Assembly (NCBI GenBank): GCA_028534125.1
Contig: CM052818.1
Coordinates: forward strand, 33,420,001-33,484,000
Length of the DNA stretch: 64,000 nt
DNA from: Lama glama
Lineage: Eukaryota
Direction: 5' to 3'
This document shows, piece by piece, positions 26,930 through 38,141 of this stretch. Made by a program: the position numbers and the translations under genes. The notes under the pieces are model-generated. The model saw nothing but the letters and a program-made list of their open reading frames with translations. It did not search any database and was not told where the DNA came from. Each line of letters opens with the position of its first letter. Position 1 is the stretch's first letter.

Positions 26930-27441
26930 CCCACTCCCATTCTCTTACTTCCCCTCCTCATCTCACGACCCCCTACCTCATCCAGCCCCACTCACCCCCC
27001 TGTCCTAGAAACCAGTGGCTAACCAGCTCAAGTAACTTCATCTGTCTGCCAAAGGGCATTCTCTGGCCTAAAAGGGAGCTTGGCCAGCACCAAAAAAACA
27101 AACAAAACAAACAAGACAGGCTATGGTGCCTGAAAGTGAATGACATTAAGAATAAAGGATGAGAACAGATATATATAAACAACTTCCTAATTTCTTTGCC
27201 CTTTCTTGGGACAATATTGAGGAGTTCTACACAGCTGGGAGGTTAAAAGTCAGATTTAACCTCATCTGCCCAAGGCAATAACCCACTCATTTATACACCC
27301 TTTTTTGGCTTTTCTCCCCCATCCCCCTTGTCATTCTTCCTTACCTCCTCACTGTGCTTCCAGGGGTCACCTTCCAAATAAACTATATGTACCCAAATCC
27401 TTATCTCAGGCTCTGCAATTTTAGGTAACCAAAGTAAGGCA
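26930..27441 (+). mobile_element. ERVL solo LTR (LTR16-like)
   Basis: 3' motif tcaccttccaaataaactatatgtacccaaatccttatctcaggctctgc..aaccaaagtaaggca. Confidence 0.65.
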
Positions 27442-27899
27442 GAAAATTTGGCTGTTCAATGAAGAAATGCACATTCCTCCTGGAGAAATGAAATGTTTAG
27501 TATCTAACCATGACTGGGTGAGATGTTCCAAAATCACAACTCTGCAAGTTCTGTTCTGCTCAGCATTCAGTCTGACCCACTCAAGTCCTGTGCCCTGAGA
27601 CAGGGCTTCGGTCCTTCCACTTCTACCCCACAACCAGAAAAGGAACACAGCATGCCTGCATCCAAAAGGCAAAAAAGGAAGGAAAGACTAAAAAACAAGG
27701 TTATTTCAAATAGAGGAGAAGGGTTCAAGCTACTAAAGCTATCTGATGTACCAACCTAATCAAACCCAGATTGATTGTAGCTTGAGATCTGAGAGAATCT
27801 GGCTCAGCAACTCACTAGAGACAAACACACAATTTTGCAAAGAACAACAATTTTTTACAAAATATTGCTTCCCCAGTTGTTCCCCGGAGAGAGAAGAAG

Positions 27900-29207
27900 A
27901 GTGAAAAGGCTGGCCTGAGGCCCAGAGTGAAAAAAGTACAAGATGAGCCTGGAACATCTAGTCATGCCAGGAAGCAAGAAAGCTATCAAAGGCTTCTGGG
28001 GTCATATCAACAAGATTCAGAAACACCAAGAAGAGGCTCTCACTGGCCAAAGATCGGTCCCTTCAAATGTAATGAGCTTAAAATGCATCAATAACCAATT
28101 AACCATGAGTTAATAATGATATGCTAAAAAAATCAAGTTATCTTTGGAAGATGCAAAGGAAACAACTCATTATTTTGAAAACCAGAAAAGAGAAGAATCA
28201 AGCATTTAGTCTATTCTTCTAAAGAGACTGTACTCAGGATCAACAGTTGATCAGAAAAAACTTCTCTTTACAGAAGTACTTCAGCCAATAAAAGAAGAAG
28301 AGATGACAGAATATCACCATTTTGTAACTCTTAACAAATGAATGGATCTAAATAAGCAAAGACCATTAAAGGATGCTACCTCAAAAGACAGCCAGATGTT
28401 ACAGGCCTCCTAATGGGAGACTATGTTATACCGTGAAATATTCTTGGCAAAAATAAATAAATAAATAAACATGAATCTGATTAAGCTTCTCGACCAAACT
28501 GTGGATTCATACAGGATATAGAGGAGCAAAGAAACATACTAAACGACATGGCTGAAATCAACAAAATTCAGACAGGGGAAACTCTGTAGGACAAGTGGCC
28601 TAATTTCTTCACAAATAATTTTAAAATAAAGAAGAAAAAGAAGAGGGAAAGAAAGACTGAAGAAGGAGGAAGAGGAGAAAAGAGAACGGGAGGTAAAAGA
28701 CCATGAGGAGGAAAAAGAGGAGGAAAAATGAGAAAGAAGGAGGAACAGGGATGAAATCACTGTAAATAACATATCAACCTACTGCAATGTATACACTAGA
28801 AGTATCCAAACAAACTGTAACACACACACACACACACACACACATTTTGTTTACATATATATGTGGAGTATGTATGTATATATGTATCTGTGTGCATATA
28901 TCAACCCAGGGAAATTTGAATACTGCCTGGTAATGAAAGATTTTAGACTTAGTATTGACTTTTTAAAGAGTTACGATGACAGTAAAGTTACGTTTCTAAA
29001 AAGAAGTCATTATCCCCTAGCAAAATAAATGGAATATTTACGGATGATGTGGTATGACACTTTGGATTTGTTTCAGAATAATCTGGGGAAAAATTGATGG
29101 CGGACTCATAAAACATAACTGACCATGGATTGAGAATTGTGAAGCTAGGTGTTAGGTACCTAGGAATTCATTACACCTTTCACCCTACTTTTGCATTTGA
29201 AATTTTC
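27900..29207 (+). mobile_element. Old L1 3' region (L1MC/L1MD-like) with GA-rich and (CA)n tracts
   Basis: gatgagcctggaacatctagtcatgccaggaagcaagaa, tttggatttgtttcagaataatctggg; (CA)n at ~28820-28843. Confidence 0.65.
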
Positions 29208-29859
29208 TTTTTTTTTNNNNNNNNNNNNNNNNNNNNNNNNNNNNNNNNNNNNNNNNNNNNNNNNNNNNNNNNNNNNNNNNNNNNNNNNNNNNNNNNNNNN
29301 NNNNNNNNNNNNNNNNNNNNNNNNNNNNNNNNNNNNNNNNNNNNNNNNNNNNNNNNNNNNNNNNNNNNNNNNNNNNNNNNNNNNNNNNNNNNNNNNNNNN
29401 NNNNNNNNNNNNNNNNNNNNNNNNNNNNNNNNNNNNNNNNNNNNNNNNNNNNNNNNNNNNNNNNNNNNNNNNNNNNNNNNNNNNNNNNNNNNNNNNNNNN
29501 NNNNNNNNNNNNNNNNNNNNNNNNNNNNNNNNNNNNNNNNNNNNNNNNNNNNNNNNNNNNNNNNNNNNNNNNNNNNNNNNNNNNNNNNNNNNNNNNNNNN
29601 NNNNNNNNNNNNNNNNNNNNNNNNNNNNNNNNNNNNNNNNNNNNNNNNNNNNNNNNNNNNNNNNNNNNNNNNNNNNNNNNNNNNNNNNNNNNNNNNNNNN
29701 NNNNNNNNNNNNNNNNTGGACAGTATGTTTCCAGAAACTTATCCATCTCCTCTAGGTTATCCAGTTTGGTTCCATATAGTTTTTCATAATATTCTCATAT
29801 GATAGTCTGTATTTCTATTTTGTTTGTTGTAATTTCTCCATTTTCCTTTCTTATTTTGC
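29208..29859 (-). mobile_element. Young 5'-truncated L1 spanning the gap, with perfect TSD
   Basis: Poly(T) at 29208-29216; right side translates on minus strand to SKIRKENGEITTNKIEIQTII*EYYEKLYGTKLDNLEEMDKFLETYCP (L1 ORF2); 16-bp TSD tgcatttgaaattttc at 29192-29207 and 29860-29875. Confidence 0.9.
29217..29716. other. Assembly gap (500 N)
   Basis: Run of exactly 500 N. Confidence 0.99.
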
Positions 29860-30303
29860 TGCATTTGAAATTTTCAAAAAAAAAAATTAAGTGCCTTTCT
29901 CAAAGACTCCACTTATTGACACCAGACTTGAACTCTGATGGCAAACAATATAATTTGTGTTGAAATAATTTTCATTCAGCAGACATAGAGTTGGAAGAGA
30001 CCTTATAATGAAGGCAATCACGTAATTTATCACTCAAACTGGGACACCTAGAGTGGGAAAGAGGGCATTATTAATTATTAACCAGGACAAGAGATGTAAA
30101 GAGGAATAAGGGTGATTGCCTTCCACATATGATATCCACCTTAGTTTCCGACAGCTCAGAATTATCCCTTAAAATATATAATGTCTCTAATAAAGAAGTT
30201 ATATGGTATCTGTTTCAATTCTTCCAGTAATGTAAAACTCACTATTTCCCAAAGTAGTTTCTTATATTGGAGGACAACACCGATTATTAAAAGCTCCTGT
30301 GCA

Positions 30304-30547
30304 AAAAGGGGAGGGATAGATTAGGAGTTTGGGACTAACAGATACATACAACTATATATAAAATAGATAAACAAGGACCTACTATATAGCACAAGGAACT
30401 ATATTCAATTTCTTGTAATAAGCTATAATGGAAAAGAATATAAAAATATACGTGCATATATATGTATGTATATGTGTAACTGAATCGCTTTCCTGTACAC
30501 CTGAAACTAGCATTATAAATCAACTACAATAAAAAAAATTGTTTAAT
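30304..30547 (+). mobile_element. Short cetartiodactyl-type L1 3' end with TSD
   Basis: ggagggatagattaggagtttgggactaacagatacatacaactatatataaaatagataaacaaggacctactatatagcac; 14-bp TSD aaagctcctgtgca at 30290-30303 and 30548-30561. Confidence 0.88.
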
Positions 30548-30819
30548 AAAGCTCCTGTGCAGAGTCAAAATCTAGTGACTTCTCCCTGGTCGTATTGGTT
30601 TTACTTCCTGGAAGAACAAAATGTGATGAGTAGAAAGAACTCTGAACTAAGAATAGAGAACAGGCTCTGCCATTAACTAATGGTACCCTCTTGGACAATT
30701 TACCTAACCTCTCTCAGCCTCCAGTCCAGGCCCTTTCTGTCTTTAAAAACTAGCACTCCTAGTTTCTTTGAGCATTGTCTATGTGTCACAATTTCTGTCA
30801 AGCACGCACTGGTTTGATA

Positions 30820-31650
30820 ATGTTTCTCCTGCACTGTGGTACTCAAATATCAACACCACACTCAGGTATGGTCTACTATGTCACAGCACAGCAGAAGCAG
30901 CTCACTCCAAGCTGGGGACTCAGTGTTTCTGTTGATACAGCACAAGGTTGTGTTAGCTTTTTCAGTAGTCACATCATGTTACTGGTTCAACTATAGATCC
31001 CAGGTCATTTTTCACGTAACTGCTTTTCTCTACCTATACAACTAATTTTTGAAACCTAAATGAGGGACTTGACACTGTTCAATTTCACCCCATTGTTTCT
31101 AATCCAAAATACCAGCCTACTGAGGTTTGTTTGTCACACTATTACAGTATCAGTCTCTTTGAACCTGTGCCCTTCCCAAGTTGAAAAAGTAAGTCCACAT
31201 AATTCACAAAAATCTTGAACAAAACATGTCAAAAATATGACCCTGGAGTTTTTCATTCAGAGATTTGCCAATGACTGTTCAATTTACTGCAAATCTACTT
31301 AGACCCTTTTTTTTTTTGGTTTAATAACTTATATATCCAGAAAGACATCACAGGGAAATGGTCAAATTTTCTGCTAAAATGATTTGCTATATCCCAATCT
31401 ACCATCAAAAAGAAATACGGTTAGTCTGGCATAACTTGCTTCTAAGTAAACCTATGTTGGCTACTAAAGATATAAAATGTTTTAAATGCTCTCAAACCAT
31501 TTAATAATCAGATCTTGAATCTTCCCCAGCATCAATATAAAAATTAAGCTGTCATTTTAAGAATATATCTCTCCTTCATTTTCTTTAAATATCAGGACCA
31601 TGTTTTTCCTCATCTGTAGTCTGCTAACATTATCCACAATTTCTCAACCC
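30820..31650 (-). mobile_element. L3/CR1 LINE fragment
   Basis: Antisense CR1 motifs cacactcaggtatggtct, gttagctttttcagtagtcacatca, ttagtctggcataacttgcttctaagtaaacctatgttggct. Confidence 0.6.
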
Positions 31651-33029
31651 TAATTATTTGGTAATTCTAGTAATTCCAGTAATTCCGTTTTTCAAAAAGA
31701 TCATCACCATAAAAGGAATTTTGGTATGTCTAATTAATTCAAACAAGAATTCTGCCAAGCGTTCCTTTCAGTACCATGAAATGGTCATGCAGATGAGGAA
31801 ATACAGTTGTTCTGTCCCTAGGAGAAAAATATTTTTTGCAGAGCATTGTGATGTTGTCTCATGATAAGATTCCTATTAATGATAGTAGCTATATATCCAC
31901 TTACCAAGGACACTACTAAAGAAATTACTACAATTAGCAGTGGATTAGATGACATCAAAGGGTCTCTGGCTCTAAAAATAAATTCTTTCACTTCAGTTAA
32001 TTGTTAGGATGACATAAGTTCTGACAAATCCATGTCTCTTAAGAGGAATTGTAGCAAGACTAATAGGCTGAGGGGAGAGTATTCTATTCTAATTAAATTT
32101 GCTTTTGATCATATCTCATTTCTTTCAGATTCCTTCTGTTTCATAAAATAAAACTTCGTATTTGATATTTAAAGCATATGCTAAGGTCAAAATCTTTTGA
32201 TAATTTCATTTCTAAATAAATGTTAAGTACATTTTAAAATGAAAAGCCTTTTTTTTTTTACTCAAAAATGCCCAAAGAGTTTAGCTATACATAGTTAGTC
32301 CATCTTATTATCTTGACCTTTAAGTTATCTTGACCTTTAAGTTTTCTTCCCTCTTCTTTCCCACATTAAAGAAAAACCATCCAAGTGATTTTAGAAAATG
32401 GTTCAAAACTGTTGTTTAATTTATGATCTGGTTGTAAATTAAACAACAGATTTTATTATTTCAAAAAGACATAATTAAGATAATTAAAGATGTATTAGGC
32501 CAGATAACAGAGCTGAATCATAAAGCTATGTTGCTAGGTCAGGGTCTATAAGATAACTGAAGACCACAGGCTAACTAGTCTTAAAGACACACAAAGTAAA
32601 ATCAGCATTTAAGACTATTCTCTACAGCTGACTTGAAACTAAGCCTTTACCTCTCATAAACCTGATTAACTTCTCACCCTATTTTCAGCAATTTCTCCTT
32701 GCGATTTCTGCCCTCAGAAACAAACAAAACAAAAATAACCAGCCATGAGTTGTTACTCTTCAAGTGTCCAAGAGAGAGCCACACAAAAGTGGAAGTTTGT
32801 CAGGTAATTTCCCAATCAGGTATTAGTCAAACTATCCACCACCTTTCCCGGCTGATGTGTGACAGAAGGCAATAGCATTTGATGTTGGTTTACTTCCTGG
32901 TCAACAACACCACTGCTCGCTCTTATTTCCTGCATAACTTACTCACCACGTTGATTTGCTCCTACTTGCTTCTACTGAGAAGTCAATTGTTACTGTATGG
33001 TAATAAAGACAGTAATTCTTTTCCAGCAT

Positions 33030-33230
33030 GTTACAGTGGAAAAAGCATCGGGCTTGTTCGTACTCAGAAGTCTTGGATTTGGGTCCCTGACTTCCCAGTT
33101 ATGTGACCTAGTCACTTAGACTCTGTGAGTCCTCACTTGTATGTAAAGCAGGGAAACTGGCCCTCTGAAAGCTGTTGGGAGATTAGAGTGAGATCATTCA
33201 AGTAAAAATACTTTAGAAAATATGGAATGC
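33030..33230 (+). mobile_element. MIR SINE, degenerate
   Basis: cagtggaaaaagcatcgggc...gttatgtgacctagtcacttagactctgtgagtcctca. Confidence 0.6.
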
Positions 33231-35440
33231 TATCTGACTGCAAATGCATCTTTCTAATTCCTAGCTGAATTACACAAAGCAAAAATTTAAAGCTAATGTG
33301 GCTACAGCTTGATACAGATGAGCAACACTTGCCAAAAAATCAGGAGAAATAACCACAGAATGCTAGATGGGAGGAGGGGAACCACACCAATCTTTCTTTC
33401 AGTTCTGAGTTCATTGTTTAACAATGTGTCTTTTGCTGACTGCAACCACTGGCACAAACCAGAGCACCCGCAGCAGAATCAAACTAGCACACAAAGAACA
33501 ATCTCAGACTGAGCCTTGTGCTTTGGCGCCCACAAAACAGGGCTTGAAAGATCGTGCAAAAGCCCACTCATAAACTTTCAGAAACTTTGTGAAAACCAAG
33601 CACTAGCCTGTGGAATTCATGAACAAAAAAACTGAATAATACTTTCTACTGTCAAAAAACTCTGAAAAGCCCAGCAGCTGGACCAAAAAAGATGTTAAAA
33701 AAAAAAAAAAGTAGCATGAAGGATCCTTTGAGTTCACACACGACAGAGTCAAACAACAAGTTTAACAATAAACAAAAGCAAGTCCCATAATCCAAAGAAA
33801 CTAAAGGGGGAGGGGGATTAAAATGAGTAAAAATTTAGGATGGTGAAAAATAAGGATGAATAATTTAAAATTCTTCAGAAGTAGATTAAAAAAATGCTTT
33901 ACAGAAACAAGGATAAAATGATAAAATAATAAAACTACTACCAAAGTAAAAATAGTTAAAGCTTTAGTCATCATTCAACAAAAATACAAAAAATTAAAAG
34001 AAAAAAGTGAAAAACAAAGCAACAGAAAAGGAGCAGTTCATCAAAAGCAATGGTATCACAGTAACAGATTTCTGTTTGATAATTTAAACTTAAGTTGATG
34101 ATAACAAAGGACAGAGACAGTCACGCTCCGGCCAGGAAAGTTATGCAAGTCAGAAAGAAACAAATCAAACAGGGTCTGTAAGAGCAAGTTATCTACGTGT
34201 ACGGCAATTTTCAGGGAAGCGGTGGAGAAATAAGCAAAACACAAGTCACATTTCAGAAGTGCCAAGGTCACTCCCAACACAGTAGAAAAATAAATAAATA
34301 AAACATTAAGAAATTGTGAAATAAAAGCATCTAACAGAGATCAACTGAAATATAGTAGAATCCCTTCTAACACTGGGGCAAATTCTGTCTTGACCATATA
34401 CATGAAGTAAAGGGTTGATACACCATGGTTACCCTGTCATGAAAGTAGTGCTTTTATCCAGTAAGTGTTTCAGCATCCAGTAGTATTTCAGTGAGGTTAC
34501 AGCATCTCTCTTCTTACAACATTAATTAAAAGATTTCAACAACAAATTAAATATTTTACTAAATAGAAAACTACCTGAAACTTGCAGGATTCCCAGACTC
34601 TTAAGAGTACATTTAGACATGGAGCATGTACTCCTTCAGAGAAACAAACTGACTTGCATGTGGCTGCGGGCCAGGCTGCTGGATGGCTACAGAAAATTCT
34701 TTTATACAAGCAATTCCACTACTCAATTAACAACACTTGCTGAGTCTTCAACGTGGACAAAAAGCATAACTGTAGATTTGTTCCCCTCTTCTCTCAAGAA
34801 AGCTGCTACTTAAAACCAGTGTCCCCACTCCAAAGGTAGGATCCCTTCCATTCCCCAAAACCACAAGTAGCTTTGGGTAATCTGAAATCCTGAAGAGCCA
34901 CACTGAGGTTCAGAACTCATAAACAAAGCCCCAGCAGTCCAAGGCACCCCTCTGGGGAGAGTCCCCTACTTCTTTGTAGGGTGCAAAGTACTTAACACTG
35001 ACAGCGTACACTATGCACAAAGCTCGCTTCAGGAAGGCACACCACGATGACTAAATGCCAAGCCTCTGTCTTCCTCATAAAAGTATTTGTCAAGGGCAAG
35101 GACCTAACAGTCAGCTGTACAGTCTTCAACACTCTCCACCCGGCAGCCAGGCCCTCTCCAGACCTTCCGCCTCTTGGTAGGTGACCTGAAACTCCAACTT
35201 CACCCAGATATGAAAATAAATCATGGATATTCAAATATATATTCATATATTTACCTACATAATGAACAATAATAGACCATCAATGTGAATTTACCACCCT
35301 TTCTCCTCAAAATTTACCCATTTCTTTCTCACTCCTTTTGTCTTTTCCTTCTCCCTCCAGAGACAACCTCTGTATCTCTGCTCTTGTCCCACCTCTTCCA
35401 CCTCCTCCAGGCTCTTGTTCTACTCGTATTCTTCAGGGTC

Positions 35441-36035
35441 TGTACTCTAATCACTAATGCTACTTAAACAACAACCCCAGATCTCAGAGGCTTTAAACTA
35501 CCCCCATTTTATTATGCTCCCAGATTCTGTGGGTTAGAATTATGGGCAGAATGATTCTTTTGCTCTTCACAGCATTGACTGAGATCACTCAGTGGGATTC
35601 AGCTGGTGGACGGCTAGTTTGAAGGGTCCAGTATGGCTCCACTCACATGTCTGGTGCCTGGGCTGAGATAACTGAAGGCAAGAACTGCCAACTGCAGTGC
35701 CTACATGCAAACTAGCCATGTGGCTCAGCTACCTGACAGCATGGCAACCTTGAAGTAGTCATTTCGACTTCTTATGCCAAAGGCTCTGAGCACAAGTCTT
35801 CCTGCTAAGATGGTAGCTGAACTGCCTTTTATGATCCAGCCTCAGAGGTCTTACAGCAGTATTTGCATCTCATTCTATTGGTCAAAATAGTCACAAGCCC
35901 ACACAGCCACACAGATTCAAGGGGAGGAAAGTTATATTCCAACTCTTGAGTGAGGAGTGGCAAGGTCACACACAGCACAGAAGAGCAGGTAGGACAGCAG
36001 ATACCATTGGGGTCATCTCTGGACAATACACCACA
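35441..36035 (-). mobile_element. MaLR solo LTR (MLT1F/G/H-like)
   Basis: tg...ca termini; atttattatgctcccagattctgtgggttagaat, cactcacatgtctggtgcc, cattctattggtcaaaatagtcacaagccc. Confidence 0.8.
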
Positions 36036-37980
36036 GTCTCCTACTTCACTGACTGCTTTGCTTCAGTTTAAAATCATGCTCAGTCTAATCAGTTCTTTCT
36101 TAAAACGTCTACTCTTAGTGCTGTCCATAGTAGCCTGAGATAAACAAAGAAATCTGAGAAGGTAATTATAAGCAAGAGTAAAGGAATTTGCAAAGTTTAG
36201 GGGGTAGAAAGCAAATTATGTGCCCAAGGAATGATGAGCAAACTACGATGGAACAAGATATTCAGAAGGGAGAGTAGAGGAGAGAGCTGAAAATGAAGGT
36301 TAGGGACAGATTGTCCAAGTAACCTGGTTTATAGCAAAGAAGGGGATAGAGAGAGGAGAGAATGCTGAAAAGGTTATGATGGTGCCAAACAACGGTGTCC
36401 CTCCAATACCGGGCTTCAGAATCTGGACTGAGGAGGTACTCCGTAATGACTGGACAACTGAATATGTGAAAGTGCTTTGAGATTCATGGATTCTTCTCTT
36501 TCCTTTCTGCAGGAGATGGCTAACCCTGCTAAAGCAGGCAAAAACTCTGATGTTTGAGTACAACTGCGGGTAACTTGTCTTACCCAAGAGTAGTGAAATT
36601 ACACTTAGAAAAACAGAAAGAGGAGAAACAGGAAAATAAGAACAATAAAAAAAAAATTAACTGGAGATGAAACAATTTTGCAATTTGCTCTACATTAAGA
36701 TGACCAAATTGTCTGATTTCAACATTAAGTAGCATTCATTCTTTAGTCATGACAGACTTCAGGCATACTGTCAAGCAACATATTTCATGTCTAATTAATC
36801 ATTTCATGATATGCCTATGAGATCCATCCTGATGACAGAATCAAAGCTCTGCTACTCTCGGGATAAACTCAATTTATTCCTTTCTTCCTAATGTTCTATA
36901 CTCATCATTCTATAATGAGGGATTAATCCATTCAGAATTGTTCTTTACAAAGTAAAGTCCTTTCATCCTATTGCAGCCCAAGTGCTGGCAAAACCAGTTT
37001 TGTGAGTCTTTTTCCTGGTTCTTTCTAAATAAGCATGTCAACCTGTAGATTTATATAACCTTCAGAGTTCTCTTTCCCTGTCTCTGATGCAGAAACCATG
37101 GCACTCTTCCTCAAATTTTCAGATACCCCTTGTCCTACTGAAAGTCCCATTGATAATATTTTTCCAATTAAGACTTCCCACATAAGACGTAATCTTTTAG
37201 TTCTCTGGTTTCACTCACTTTAATAAACAAACATTTCCTGATCAGCTTCCATGCGGGTCATACAGACCTTAGAGATCACAGGGATTCTGCTGGTAGAGTT
37301 TAACAGTATGTTATTTCAGGAACTACAGATTTGATTGGATATAAATAATCTGGATAACAAGTTTTCCTATGTCTTGAAATCCAAATTTCCTCCTTCATGC
37401 TATCCTTAGTGCATTACCTAAGGATTTGAGCTGTTTTTATGATGATACTGCCTGATGTCCACGAACTGACAAAAAAATCCACTTTCAGAAAGTTCACTCT
37501 TTTTCTGTAAAGCAGCACAACTTATCTTTCCTTTCCCTTCATTCATCTTAAGAACACACACACGCACACATAAAACCCAAGAGCTACACTATTGGTGTTG
37601 AACCTTACAGAAGATGGGGTTTTTTTATAAAGATGAAAAGAAGACGAGTCAGAAGTAGAAATGATGTGTGCCAGGACAGGCTGTTACGAATTCCATTTAA
37701 AATAACTCATGCATGAGTCTGTATTCTCTTTATAAACAGGTTCTTCTCTTAGATGAACTGGGCTAAAGGTAATTCCTATTCTACATGAATAAAACCAAGT
37801 TGCCAAAATTTGACCTCTGAGTCATAAGAAAGGAAGAAAATTGCTCTTTTCTAAACTCCACAATATAGTTCATCCACTACAGCATGACAAATTAGAACAA
37901 CAAAAATGATATTTATCTTTACACTAACTAGTGAAGAAATGTGCTTTAAATTATCTCTGCGTTCCAGAGAGTGAAAATCT

Positions 37981-38141
37981 TTAATAACCTTATGTTTTAT
38001 TTACTATAGTATTATTTAATTATTTTATTTTGGTGGGGGAGGTAACTAGGTTTATTTACTTTTAGAGGAGGTACTGGGGATTGAACCCAGGTCCTCATGC
38101 ATGCTAAGCAAGTGCTCTACCACTTGAGCTATCCCTCCCCA
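37981..38141 (-). mobile_element. tRNA-Ala-derived SINE (camelid Vic-1 type) with tail and TSD
   Basis: Reverse complement ggggagggatagctcaagtggtagagcacttgcttagcatgcatgaggacctgggttcaatccccagtacctcc plus AT-rich tail; 17-bp TSD ccagagagtgaaaatct (37964-37980) / ccagagtgtgaaaatct (38142-38158). Confidence 0.9.
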
